Below are positions 36,384 through 46,300 of a stretch of DNA of 63,150 nucleotides, piece after piece. Source of the DNA: an uncultured Candidatus Saccharibacteria bacterium (GTDB taxonomy: Bacteria; Patescibacteriota; Doudnabacteria; UBA920); the NCBI GenBank assembly GCA_964532005.1, contig CAZHER010000006.1, positions 1 through 63,150 on the forward strand, given 5' to 3'. Each line of letters starts with the position of its first letter. Position 1 is the first letter of the stretch. The notes beneath the pieces are model-generated. The model ran no database searches. It saw only the letters and a list, made by a program, of their open reading frames with translations, and was not told the origin of the DNA. The position numbers and the translations under genes are program-made.

Positions 36384-37113
36384 ATATGCCAGCATCCTAT
36401 TGAGCGTGGCTTTTGTGGTTGTGGTGCAAATGTTTGCCGCTCCTCTCCCCGTTTTTCGGTATTTAATACCGGCGTTTGTTTTCTATGTCGGGGCTGTGAC
36501 CGCTTACAATATTTGGTATTTAAAAGCAATAGGCCATTACAATTTGTGGTGGTGGGTGAGACCGGCTTTATTTATTGCTGCTTGGTTCGGAATATTTTTT
36601 ATTTTACCGAACGAAATCTGGCGAGGTTTGTTTTTGCTTCTGGGTTTGCCAGTAATTTATCTGGTGGAATTGCTTATTGGCAATTCGGGGCAACAGCTTC
36701 TGTTGAATGAGACGTTGCTGACAGCTTTTGGTATATTTATGGCTTTGACATCGTTTAGCCATACTTTTGCAGCTGTGCCAGGAGTGGTTTATTTGGCAAT
36801 CTGTTTTCTAGCAACAATGATTTTGGTTCGGGCATCATATGAAGCGGTTCCCAGGCCTGGTCCCGCCCGCTGGTATGCCGCAGCGATTTTGGCTCTGCTG
36901 ACAACAGAATTTTTTTTGGCGTTGAGCTTTTTGCCTTTACACTTCTCAGCGCTCGGATTGATTTTATTTAACGCATTCTACTTTTGCTGGGTTTTGTATT
37001 ATTATGCTTTATATGACCACTTAAACATTAAGCAGGTGCAATACCATATTGCTTTGGCTGTCATTTTTACAGCTCTCATCTTGTTGGTAACACCTTGGCA
37101 GATTTTAACTTAA
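36358..37113 (+). CDS. Hypothetical polytopic membrane protein
   Basis: About 8 hydrophobic helices; overlaps the lgt end. Confidence 0.8.
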   Translation: MEQIAKYHKYASILLSVAFVVVVQMFAAPLPVFRYLIPAFVFYVGAVTAYNIWYLKAIGHYNLWWWVRPALFIAAWFGIFFILPNEIWRGLFLLLGLPVIYLVELLIGNSGQQLLLNETLLTAFGIFMALTSFSHTFAAVPGVVYLAICFLATMILVRASYEAVPRPGPARWYAAAILALLTTEFFLALSFLPLHFSALGLILFNAFYFCWVLYYYALYDHLNIKQVQYHIALAVIFTALILLVTPWQILT

Positions 37114-37119
37114 TATTTT

Positions 37120-38193
37120 ATGACAAAAAAACTTGCAATATTCGTAGTTGTAACTGTAGCACTTAGTCTTTTGGTAAACATTTTTGCGGGCCCTTGGATT
37201 TCGGCTAAACTTTCCAGCTTAACTTTGTTTGAGAAGTACAGAATTTTGAATCCTCAAGCCCCAATCGTTATCAGCAAGCGTGAAGAACCTAAAGCTGGCG
37301 ACCCTACCGATATGCAAGGTGCGGTTATTAAAGTTAAGTCGCGTCTTAGTTCAATTGCAACAATTTCCGAGAATAATGTGGCAATTACAGGCAGTGCCAT
37401 TAATTTGTCCGCAGACGGATATTTTTTGACTGTTCAATCTGCTTTGACTGCCGCCAAAGATGCCAGTCCAGCAGTTCGGCAATATGTAATTTTGAATAAT
37501 GGACAGAAAGCACAGATTAGCCAAATGTGGGGAGAGACCGGGACCAATTTGGTAATTGTTAAAGCAGATCTATCAAACGTTCCTGTTGCTGAGTTTGGTT
37601 CCAGTAAGTCTTTATCCACTGCTCAGAAAATCGGGTTTGTGCACAGTGCAGGGCTTACTTCCGGCGCAGCTTTTTTCCAAGAAAGCTTTGTGACCTCAGT
37701 TCAGAGTGATAACAAAGGTAAAGTCTTCAGCTCCGATACTCCTGCCAGAGCTTTTGGAGCACAAGCAGTTGGCGGGCTAGTTTTCGGCGATGCTGTTATT
37801 AATATCGACGGAAAATTTATGGGAATTTGGGATGGCAAGTCAATAGTTTCCAGCGATGTTGCCAGCGATACTGTAAAAACTTTTTTTGCAAATGGTCAAA
37901 CAATGATCAGCCGGCCGCAATTCCGTTTTAGCTATAGAAACATTGGTTTGGTAGAAAGCGATCTATTTCAAATTCCAGGTGGCGCTTTGGTGGTGGCAGT
38001 AGATCCAGCCGGCGCTTCACAATCCGGCGGTCTGAAAGCAGGTGATAGCATTACTGCAGTAGGCGGGCAGGATATTAACGAAGATACAAGCTTAGAAGAA
38101 ATTTTACAGTCTAGAAAACCAGGGGAGGCTGTAGGATTTACTGTTGTCAGGGAAAAGAAGCTAATGACGATAACAATTACTCCTCAAATATAG
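37120..38193 (+). CDS. HtrA-like trypsin + PDZ protein with degenerate catalytic triad
   Basis: N-terminal TM, SADGYFLT, INIDGKFMGI and PDZ (GALVVAVDPAGASQSGGLKAGDSI). Lacks TNxH and GNSGG. Confidence 0.8.
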   Translation: MTKKLAIFVVVTVALSLLVNIFAGPWISAKLSSLTLFEKYRILNPQAPIVISKREEPKAGDPTDMQGAVIKVKSRLSSIATISENNVAITGSAINLSADGYFLTVQSALTAAKDASPAVRQYVILNNGQKAQISQMWGETGTNLVIVKADLSNVPVAEFGSSKSLSTAQKIGFVHSAGLTSGAAFFQESFVTSVQSDNKGKVFSSDTPARAFGAQAVGGLVFGDAVINIDGKFMGIWDGKSIVSSDVASDTVKTFFANGQTMISRPQFRFSYRNIGLVESDLFQIPGGALVVAVDPAGASQSGGLKAGDSITAVGGQDINEDTSLEEILQSRKPGEAVGFTVVREKKLMTITITPQI

Positions 38194-38199
38194 ATTCTA

Positions 38200-38224
38200 A
38201 AAACCGCCCTACCCGGGCGGTTTT
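38200..38224. terminator. Bidirectional terminator
   Basis: AAAACCGCCC-TACCC-GGGCGGTTTT between convergent genes. Confidence 0.75.
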
Positions 38225-38227
38225 AAA

Positions 38228-38827
38228 TTAGTATTCTCTTCGTCCTTCCAATGCGCGAGACAAGGTAATTTCATCAGCGTACTCAAGATCTCCGCCCATT
38301 GGCAGTCCCCTAGCGATTCTGGTAATTTTGACTCCCCTGCCATTAAGAATTTTGGAAATATATGAGGCAGTTGTTTCGCCTTCCAAGGTTGGGTTGGTTG
38401 CCACTATCACCTCTTCTATCCCCAACTTTTGGACTCTTTCCGGCAGATCAGCCAGGTTTAGTTGTTCTGGGCCGATTCCTTCCATGGGATTGAGAACTCC
38501 GCCTAGGACATGGAACAGGCCAGGGAATTGGCGCGTTCTGTCCAGTGCCAAGGCATCTAAGGGTTCTTCTACCACACATAGAAGTTTTTGGTTACGGGTT
38601 TGGTCAGAGCATACATCACACGGATCTGCTTCTACCATATTGTGACATTGGCTACAAAAAACAACCCCAGATTTTAGGTTGGCAATTGCCTCCGACAAGC
38701 TGTTGAGGTCGATATTGTCTTTTTTAAGCAAGTAAAAAGTCAGGCGCTGGGCTGATTTTGGCCCAATGCCGGGAAGCTTACTCAACTCGTTAATAGCTTT
38801 TTCTAGAGATGCGGGGAGTTTTACCAC
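38228..38827 (-). CDS. recR: Recombination mediator RecR
   Basis: LPGIGPKSAQR, C4 zinc finger, FHVLGG, TNPTLEGETTA and GGDLEYADEITL motifs. Confidence 0.97.
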   Translation of the reverse strand: MVKLPASLEKAINELSKLPGIGPKSAQRLTFYLLKKDNIDLNSLSEAIANLKSGVVFCSQCHNMVEADPCDVCSDQTRNQKLLCVVEEPLDALALDRTRQFPGLFHVLGGVLNPMEGIGPEQLNLADLPERVQKLGIEEVIVATNPTLEGETTASYISKILNGRGVKITRIARGLPMGGDLEYADEITLSRALEGRREY

Positions 38828-38831
38828 GATA

Positions 38832-40235
38832 TTATTCTATTTCGTCAGGCCCACTTTGCCCAATGCTTTGCATTACGGTTTGGGGACTGGTATCAAAGGT
38901 TTGATCTAGGGTTCGGAAAGAAGTTTTACTTTCGTCAAAGAACAGGTCAACTTGCCCGGTAGGGCCGTTGCGGTGTTTTTTAATGTGTATTTCAGCAATG
39001 TTTGGCCTAGAAGATTCGCGGCCTCGGTACATATCTTCACGGTAAATGAACATTACAACATCAGCATCCTGCTCAATGCTACCGGACTCGCGCAAGTCTG
39101 CCAATTGGGGAACTTTGTCAGGCCGGTTTTCTACACCGCGAGAAAGCTGAGATAGGGCAATAACAGGAATGTTAAGTTCGCGGGCAAGAATTTTAAGACT
39201 TCGCGAAATTTCGCTGACTTCCTGGACGCGATTGTCGGTATTTCTTCCAGCCATAAGTTGGAGATAGTCTATTACAATAAGCCCAAGATTGTGTTCGGAT
39301 TGAAGTCTGCGAGCTTTGGTCCGAACTTCCATGATGTTTGCTCCAGCAGCATCGTCTATATACAACGGAGCTTCGGAAAGTGCCCCCATGCCATAGTTCA
39401 ACTTTTCAAAGTCTTCTTCTGTTAGGTTGCCAGTTCTAATTTTCCACAAGTCAACATCGGACTGAGAGGCAAGCAAGCGGTCAACCAATTGGTCTTTGCT
39501 CATTTCCAAAGAAAAAATTCCAGTCGGCACTTTAGCAACTGTTGAAATGTGACGGATTATGTCTAAGGCCATGGCTGTCTTACCCATAGACGGGCGAGCA
39601 GCCAAAATAACTAGATCAGATTTTTGTAATCCGCCAAGTTTTTTATCTAAGTCAGTAAAGCCAGTGGAAAGTCCGCGCAGTTTGCCTTTGTCGCGGTGTA
39701 GTTCATCGATACGTTCAAAAGTTTCATGCAAAATGCTTTTGACCGGTATAAAATTTTGTTTTAACTGGTGCTGGGACACCCCAAACAGTTTTTGCTCCGC
39801 AGTATCTAAAATATCTTCAATATCTCCTTCTTCACTAAAAGCAATGGAAGATATTTCATTGGCACTTTTAATGAGCCGGCGCAAAGTTCCTTTTTTGCGA
39901 ACAATGGTAGCGTAGTAAGCGATATGAGTTGCCGAAGGTACTGTGTTAACGAGCTGGCTTAGATAGCTGGCGCCACCAACTTTTTCCAATTCCTTCTTTT
40001 CTTCTAAATGGTTCGAAACTGTGAGTATGTCTATTGAAACACTGCGTTCAAACAGTTCCTGCATTGTTTCGTATATAAGTTGGTGCCTGTTGTCGTAAAA
40101 GTCTTCCGGAGTGACAATGTCGGCAACTTTTATAATTGCATCTTTATCCAACATTAAAGCTCCGAGTATGGATTGCTCGGCTTCAATGTTCTGAGGTGGC
40201 ATTCTATCCAATGAAGATTGGGTTAAGGATTCCAT
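38832..40235 (-). CDS. dnaB: Replicative DNA helicase
   Basis: PPQNIEAEQS, Walker A AARPSMGKT, IVIDYLQL, ALSQLSR and LRESGSIEQDAD motifs. No intein. Confidence 0.97.
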   Translation of the reverse strand: MESLTQSSLDRMPPQNIEAEQSILGALMLDKDAIIKVADIVTPEDFYDNRHQLIYETMQELFERSVSIDILTVSNHLEEKKELEKVGGASYLSQLVNTVPSATHIAYYATIVRKKGTLRRLIKSANEISSIAFSEEGDIEDILDTAEQKLFGVSQHQLKQNFIPVKSILHETFERIDELHRDKGKLRGLSTGFTDLDKKLGGLQKSDLVILAARPSMGKTAMALDIIRHISTVAKVPTGIFSLEMSKDQLVDRLLASQSDVDLWKIRTGNLTEEDFEKLNYGMGALSEAPLYIDDAAGANIMEVRTKARRLQSEHNLGLIVIDYLQLMAGRNTDNRVQEVSEISRSLKILARELNIPVIALSQLSRGVENRPDKVPQLADLRESGSIEQDADVVMFIYREDMYRGRESSRPNIAEIHIKKHRNGPTGQVDLFFDESKTSFRTLDQTFDTSPQTVMQSIGQSGPDEIE

Positions 40236-40499
40236 GGTCGTTGGTCATACTATATTAACACAAATTAGCAATAAAAATAACCCTAAAAATAGGGTACAAC
40301 CTGGGGAATTTAGGTTGAAAACTTGCTTTAATTTAGAGGTATTTAAGAATAAGGGATTGACAAAACCCTAATTTTGATGTATAATTACACCATAGCCTCA
40401 ATCGTGAGGTTTGTTTATTTGCAGGACTTGAGGGTTTTGCATGTGGTAAAGGTAAACCCGCTGAGCAATTGGCGGACTAGATTGATGGAGGACTTTTTT

Positions 40500-40985
40500 A
40501 TGAACTTAAACAATGGCGCCGCTACAGGAGCGGCGATTGGCATGGTGCCAATAAGCAAGGTAGAGCGTCTGAGCAAGGACAAAACCATTGCTTGGAAGCA
40601 ATGTATCGAACGGCTTTACAGGCTCAAAGTGTCGGTGGACGCAGCCAACGACAAGGCAAACGAAACCGGCGAAAAAGCTGAAAAATCCTATGCCAGGTCG
40701 GTCGGACACGGCATAACCGTTATCCTTGGCGAGATGGAGGGCATAGCAAGGACGATGCCGATGTCGTTGGATCGTGCAGACCGGAAGTTTTTTGTCGAAC
40801 TCGGTTTCGACGCTACAAAGGACACGGGCGACCGCCACAACCCTCCCACCCACATGAAGGCATTCCCAGCGATCTGGGGATTGGTCGTTCAGCCGAAGAA
40901 CGATGTACATCTACTTCATCTGCCCCTGACTTACTCAGGGCATCTGAACACCGATGGCAACGGTTTCCGAAAGCCTATCTACTAA
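40500..40985 (+). CDS. Hypothetical protein
   Basis: GGAGG SD at 40487-40491 before ATG 40500. Promoter TTGACA-16 nt-TATAAT at 40357-40384 and a terminator at ~41010-41050. Confidence 0.7.
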   Translation: MNLNNGAATGAAIGMVPISKVERLSKDKTIAWKQCIERLYRLKVSVDAANDKANETGEKAEKSYARSVGHGITVILGEMEGIARTMPMSLDRADRKFFVELGFDATKDTGDRHNPPTHMKAFPAIWGLVVQPKNDVHLLHLPLTYSGHLNTDGNGFRKPIY

Positions 40986-41053
40986 GTTCATGCTGCGTTG
41001 TTTGCGGCAAAAGCAAGAAGACTCGAGATGTGTTTTACTCGGGTCTTCTTTGT

Positions 41054-42442
41054 TTATTTTTTGCTTACTTTTTGTCCTTCAGGAGTGTCTTGTAGTTCAT
41101 AACCTCCCGATTCAATTTGCAGTCTTAGTTGGTCTGCCAACTCAAAGTTTTTTTGCTGCTTTGCTTCCGCACGCTTATCTAAGAGTTCTTGAATTTCTGC
41201 AGGGATAGGGTCTGGGGCTTTGTGTTCGGATGCGCCCAAGTTAAGAGCTAAAACTTTATCGAAAGTTTTCAAAGTAGCAATTTTTTCATTTATGTTATGG
41301 TCTTGGTCTTTTAGAAGCTCCCAAGCTAGAGCAACTGCTTTTGGTATGTTTAAGTTCTCATTGATATATTCATTGAATCTCTCAAGGTAGCCAGAAACGG
41401 GTTCCGCAGATTTATTTTCCTGAGCCGCAAAAGCTGACAATTTTTCTCTGGCTTGCTTGGCAGCTTTCAGGCTCTCCCATGTAAAGTTCAACTGAGTATT
41501 CCAGTTGGCCGTTAAACATAAATAACGGAAGTCCAAAGGAGAAAATCCTTTTTCAATAATTGTATCTAAGGTGTAAGCATTGCCTTCGCTTTTACCCATT
41601 CTTCCTTCGTCAATAAGTAAAAATTCACCATGCATCCAATAATTTGCTAGCGGCAAACCAAACGCCGCTTCGCTTTGGGCAATTTCATTGGTGTGGTGAG
41701 TGCCAATATGGTCAACTCCGCCAGTATGGATGTCAAACGGCTGTCCTAGAATTTTTCTCGAAATAGCTGAACATTCAATATGCCATCCTGGGAAACCTTT
41801 ACCCCATGGGGAGTCCCACTGTAATACATGGTTTTCGTAGCGACCAGTGAGGAAAAACCATAGTGCAAAATCTTGAGGGTTTTTCTTTGACGAGTCAATA
41901 ACTACGTCTTCTCTGGCCCCAATTTTTTTGTCTCCGAGTTTTTGTCCGGACAGCTTTCCATAGTCCGGTAGCTTGCTGGTGTCAAAGTAAATGGCTGAGC
42001 TGTCTCGGTAGGTAAATCCTTTATCTTCAAGAAGCTGTATGATTTCAATTTGTTCGGCAATGGTGTCAGTAGCTCTAACTAAAGTACGGGCGCGTTGGAT
42101 GTTCAACTTGTCGGTATCTTCAAGAAATTTTCTTTCGTAAAATTTGGCAATTTCTAGAGGGTGTTTTCCTTCCCGTTTTGCCCCAACTTCCAACTTGTCC
42201 TCTCCGTCATCACCATCGCCGACTAAATGGCCCACGTCAGTAATATTCATGCCGTGCACGACTTCTACTCCGTCATATTCCAGTACTCGCCGCAGAATAT
42301 CGCTGAATATATATGTCCGTAAGTTTCCAATATGGGCGAAATGGTATACTGTTGGACCGCAGGTATAGAGCTTAATTTGGTCTTGGTTTATAGGTTTAAG
42401 CTCGGTGACCTGCTTGGAAAGGGTGTCGTAAATTTTAAGCAT
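41054..42442 (-). CDS. cysS: Cysteine--tRNA ligase
   Basis: YTCGPTVY, HIGN, NITDVGH, GFPGWHIEC, DIHTGGVDH and MGKSEGN motifs. Confidence 0.97.
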   Translation of the reverse strand: MLKIYDTLSKQVTELKPINQDQIKLYTCGPTVYHFAHIGNLRTYIFSDILRRVLEYDGVEVVHGMNITDVGHLVGDGDDGEDKLEVGAKREGKHPLEIAKFYERKFLEDTDKLNIQRARTLVRATDTIAEQIEIIQLLEDKGFTYRDSSAIYFDTSKLPDYGKLSGQKLGDKKIGAREDVVIDSSKKNPQDFALWFFLTGRYENHVLQWDSPWGKGFPGWHIECSAISRKILGQPFDIHTGGVDHIGTHHTNEIAQSEAAFGLPLANYWMHGEFLLIDEGRMGKSEGNAYTLDTIIEKGFSPLDFRYLCLTANWNTQLNFTWESLKAAKQAREKLSAFAAQENKSAEPVSGYLERFNEYINENLNIPKAVALAWELLKDQDHNINEKIATLKTFDKVLALNLGASEHKAPDPIPAEIQELLDKRAEAKQQKNFELADQLRLQIESGGYELQDTPEGQKVSKK

Positions 42443-42467
42443 GCACGAATTATATCACGGAAAAGCT

Positions 42468-44168
42468 TTACTCGGAATTGCCTGCTCGTAAAGTTTTGAG
42501 GTGTTGGTTTTTCAGTTTGTTTAGGCTTTGGCCAAGCTTTTCGTGGCGCAAAATATCGGCAATATGCTGACCGCCAACAAAGTGAGGCAGAAGAGCATAA
42601 TCGATTTTTTCTTTGTAAAGCATTAACGCTTCTTCCTCGTTCATTGCAGTCATGATTATTCTAGCTTTAACTCTTTTCTTTTTCATTGCCTCAAGCAGGG
42701 CGTGGTTATCATTTGCATCCGGTACCGTCGAAACTATTAAGGTTGCTTTATTCATCCGAGCAATTTCTTGTACATGTGGATCGGTAATATCACCGCATAT
42801 GGCATTCATCCCTTGGTGACGATATTTGTCTATAACCTCCGGGTCATGGTCAATTATGATGAAATCCAGCTTCATTTTTGCTACGGCCTCAACAATATGG
42901 TGCCCTAACCTGTGCGCCCCAGCAATGATGATATGGTTGCTTAAGCTAATTTCATGTAAGCCCTTTTCTGCACTACCTCTGCGCCAGTCAAACCACGCTA
43001 GGATTCCTCGAAGCTTGGTGTAGAAATATTCGGATTGTACTATAAAATATGATGAAACCGCCATGCTGATAATTGCGGCAAGAGTCAACAGGCTGGCAGT
43101 ATCCTGATTTAGATAGCCCGTTTTTAAGCCAAGTGCGGCTAGAATGAGACTAAACTCGGAAATTTGTCCCATGCTGGTTGCGGTGAAAAAAGATGTTCTA
43201 GGCTTGAATCCCAAAACGGACATAGTAACCATAACCAGCAAAGGTTTTACTATGAGAATGAAACCGGTGATTAGTAGAGCAGGTACAAAAATTTGTTTGG
43301 GGTTTGAGAATATTAATGAAGCACCTAGTGTGATAAAGAAAATTATTATAAAAAAGTCGCGCAACGAACGAATTTTTGAGCTGATTTCGAAATGAACAGC
43401 GCTTTTTGCTAGGGCCAGTCCGGCCAAGAACCCGCCAATCTCAACATTAAACCCGATAGGAGGCAGCGATACTAAAGCAGCGAGGCCAAATGCCCAGGCC
43501 AGCGACAGGACTGTAAGTAATTCTTCGGATTTCCCAACAAGTTTTAAAACTTTTGGAATGACAAAAACACTATGCCAGTGGATTATCCAAACCAACACCC
43601 CAGCCTTTATTAAGGTTAGGAAAATATTTTGCCAGGCCGGGAGATTGCCGAATATTGAACTGGAATTACCAGCAAAGAAAATCAACAGAAGAATGGCGGC
43701 AAAGTCTTGGAGCAACAACATTGCAACAGCAATTTTGCCATATAAGCTGTGAAGGTCTCGCTTTTCGGTCAACAGTTTTATTACAATTACAGTAGAAGAA
43801 AAAGTCAGGGCAGCAGACAGTATTCCGGCAGAAGTATTATCAAAACCCAAAGCTTTCAATAATACAAATGCTAAAACAGAAGTGCCTACGACTTGAGTCA
43901 GAGCAGCAAGCATAGCGCTACGGCCAATTTTTCTTATGCTGGAAATGTCCAATTCGAGGCCTACTAAGAACAACAGTAAGGTAATTCCAATTTCGGATAG
44001 ACCTTGCAAGGCTTCGCTGTGCTGAAGACTGTAATAACCAAGAGGGCCGACTATGAGGCCGGTCAGAAGATAGGCTATAATGGCGGGCTGTTTTAGAAAA
44101 CTGATGAATGTTGCAATTAACCCTGCCGCTATGAGCACTATGGTTAATTCAAGAAATATGTTGCTCAA
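42468..44168 (-). CDS. CPA2/Kef-type cation:proton antiporter with TrkA-N domain
   Basis: LLFLVGLE, SSTVIVIKLL, LLQD, IGGFLAG and QISEFS motifs, C-terminal GAHRLG..CGD Rossmann domain. Confidence 0.9.
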   Translation of the reverse strand: MSNIFLELTIVLIAAGLIATFISFLKQPAIIAYLLTGLIVGPLGYYSLQHSEALQGLSEIGITLLLFLVGLELDISSIRKIGRSAMLAALTQVVGTSVLAFVLLKALGFDNTSAGILSAALTFSSTVIVIKLLTEKRDLHSLYGKIAVAMLLLQDFAAILLLIFFAGNSSSIFGNLPAWQNIFLTLIKAGVLVWIIHWHSVFVIPKVLKLVGKSEELLTVLSLAWAFGLAALVSLPPIGFNVEIGGFLAGLALAKSAVHFEISSKIRSLRDFFIIIFFITLGASLIFSNPKQIFVPALLITGFILIVKPLLVMVTMSVLGFKPRTSFFTATSMGQISEFSLILAALGLKTGYLNQDTASLLTLAAIISMAVSSYFIVQSEYFYTKLRGILAWFDWRRGSAEKGLHEISLSNHIIIAGAHRLGHHIVEAVAKMKLDFIIIDHDPEVIDKYRHQGMNAICGDITDPHVQEIARMNKATLIVSTVPDANDNHALLEAMKKKRVKARIIMTAMNEEEALMLYKEKIDYALLPHFVGGQHIADILRHEKLGQSLNKLKNQHLKTLRAGNSE

Positions 44169-44305
44169 ACTAGTTTTGTTTTAGATATTTATTTCAAAAA
44201 ATTTGTTGGGAATATCGGTTTTATTGTAGCAGAAAAAGCTATTTTAATAAATTTCTGCGTCTTTTGCCCCTTTCACAAAACCGGAAAAATATATACAATA
44301 CCAAT

Positions 44306-44884
44306 ATGAATTTAGACGCAGTTTTTCTGATAGGGCCGCAAGGTTCAGGCAAAGGGACTCAAGCCAGGATTTTGGCTGAAAAGCATAATTTATTTTATTG
44401 GGAGATGGGCGGCGTGCTAAGAAATTTAGCAACTGAACTTACTCCTTTAGGACAGGAAGTAAAAGAGCTAATTAATAGCGGTGTTTTATTGACCGATGAT
44501 TTACTATTGTCGGTTTTTAGGGATCGTATGAGCGTGATTCCAAACAACAAAGGTGTAATTTTCGACGGGGTTCCTCGCCGTATCGGACAGGCAGAATTTG
44601 TTCTGAGTTTTTTGAAGGAACAGGGCAGGTCTAAGTTTGCAACTTTGTTCATAGATCTGCCAAAAGAGGAGTCAATGAGCCGTTTATTATTACGAGCACA
44701 AAAGGAAGGTCGTAAAGATGACACAAAAGAGGCAATAGCATATCGTTTACAGCAATATGAGGAAGACACGGTACCGGTCTTGGACTTTTTAAAATTAAAT
44801 TCGGATTTTATAACAATTGATGGAAACCAGCCAATAGAAAAAGTCACGCTAGATATAGAGCAGGCTTTGGCCAAATATGAATAA
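44306..44884 (+). CDS. adk: Adenylate kinase family protein (LID-less), copy 1
   Basis: GPQGSGKGTQA, FDGVPR, R..RKDD motifs. ATG 44306 lies 6 nt after TACAAT. Confidence 0.8.
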   Translation: MNLDAVFLIGPQGSGKGTQARILAEKHNLFYWEMGGVLRNLATELTPLGQEVKELINSGVLLTDDLLLSVFRDRMSVIPNNKGVIFDGVPRRIGQAEFVLSFLKEQGRSKFATLFIDLPKEESMSRLLLRAQKEGRKDDTKEAIAYRLQQYEEDTVPVLDFLKLNSDFITIDGNQPIEKVTLDIEQALAKYE

Positions 44885-45506
44885 AACACAAAAGCATCCC
44901 CCCATCACCATAATTCTTTTAGGAGATCCTGCTGCCGGCAAAGCCACACAGGCTGAATTTATATCTAGTGAATACAATTTACTAGATTTTGACATGGGAA
45001 AAGAGCTCGCTAAGCTTAGACGGCGCGATGCAAAAGTTAACAAAAACTTACAAACCAATAACGACAAAGGAAAGCTAACTCCTACCATAATTGTGAGAAA
45101 TATTTTGAAGGAAACCATTGCAAAAGTACCAGCTAAAAAAGGAATTTTGTTCGATGGTCATCCAAAGATGCTGGGAGAAGCGCAATTGGTTAGCCGGCTC
45201 TTGAAAAAGCAGGGGAGAATAGCACCTTTGGTAATATATTTATCTATTCCTATTGAAGAAACAATAAAACGAATGGAAGATCGTGTTGGCTATTTTTCAG
45301 GGAAATATGGTAAAAGGGCAGACGACAGCAATCAGGCAATGAAAAACAGAATTAAATACTATAGAACAAATATTGCTGAGGTTATAGATTTTTTTTCAAA
45401 GAAATATGAATATCATAAAATTAGTGCTTTGGGTACCAGAAAGCAAGTTCGTACCCGGTTGGAAAAAATTATCAAAGCATATCTCACAAATTTAAGCCAT
45501 GAGTAA
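44877..45506 (+). CDS. Adenylate kinase family protein, copy 2 (divergent P-loop)
   Basis: GDPAAGKATQA, FDGHPK and RADD motifs. Confidence 0.78.
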   Translation: MNKTQKHPPITIILLGDPAAGKATQAEFISSEYNLLDFDMGKELAKLRRRDAKVNKNLQTNNDKGKLTPTIIVRNILKETIAKVPAKKGILFDGHPKMLGEAQLVSRLLKKQGRIAPLVIYLSIPIEETIKRMEDRVGYFSGKYGKRADDSNQAMKNRIKYYRTNIAEVIDFFSKKYEYHKISALGTRKQVRTRLEKIIKAYLTNLSHE

Positions 45507-46263
45507 AGTAAAATATGTCAAAACTGAAAATGAAATCCGGCTTCTTTCAGAAGGCGGAAAAATTTTACGAAGAATTCTTGGCGACTTGGCAACAATGGCA
45601 AAACCGGGAGTAAGTACAGGGGATTTAAACCAGTACGCAGAACAGGAAATAATAAAAGCCGGAGGGCGACCAAGTTTTATCAATTATGGTCCGAAGGACA
45701 ACCCTTTTCCGGCTGGCTTGTGTACTTCAATAAATAATGTTGTGGTCCATGGTATCCCCTCTTTTGATGAAATTTTGAGAGAAGGCGATATAATTGGTTT
45801 GGATATCGGAATGGAGTACAAAGGGCTATATACTGATACCGCAATCACTGTACCTGTAGGCACAATCCCCCCCGACACAAAAAAACTTATTGATACAACT
45901 AGAGAATGTCTGGATTCCGCAATTAAAGTTGCAGTAGTTGGCAGTAAGGTCGGGGACATAGGTAACGCAATCCAGTCTTTGGCAGAAAAAAATGGTTTCT
46001 CTGTAGTTCGAGATCTAGTTGGTCATGGTGTTGGGTATGATGTTCATGAAGATCCTATGATTCCAGGGTATGGTAAGGCCGGCACAGGCTTAACTTTAAC
46101 CGAAGGCATGGTTCTAGCGATTGAGCCGATGATCTGTGAAAAAGATTACCGCGTACATGTTGAGGATGACGGTTGGACGATTACTACCAAAGATGGGAGT
46201 TTGTCAGCCCATTTTGAGCATACTATAGCTGTAGGGAAGAAAAGCTCTGAAATTTTAACATAA
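45499..46263 (+). CDS. map: Type I methionine aminopeptidase
   Basis: CTSINNVVVHGIP, DIG..YTDTA, GHGVG..HEDP, IEPM and SAHFEHT motifs. Confidence 0.97.
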   Translation: MSKVKYVKTENEIRLLSEGGKILRRILGDLATMAKPGVSTGDLNQYAEQEIIKAGGRPSFINYGPKDNPFPAGLCTSINNVVVHGIPSFDEILREGDIIGLDIGMEYKGLYTDTAITVPVGTIPPDTKKLIDTTRECLDSAIKVAVVGSKVGDIGNAIQSLAEKNGFSVVRDLVGHGVGYDVHEDPMIPGYGKAGTGLTLTEGMVLAIEPMICEKDYRVHVEDDGWTITTKDGSLSAHFEHTIAVGKKSSEILT

Positions 46264-46291
46264 AAAACCTCTCGTGAATGAGAGGTTTTTT
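46263..46291. terminator. Bidirectional terminator
   Basis: AAAAACCTCTC-GTGAAT-GAGAGGTTTTTT between map and thrS. Confidence 0.75.
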
Positions 46292-46300
46292 ATACGAAGA

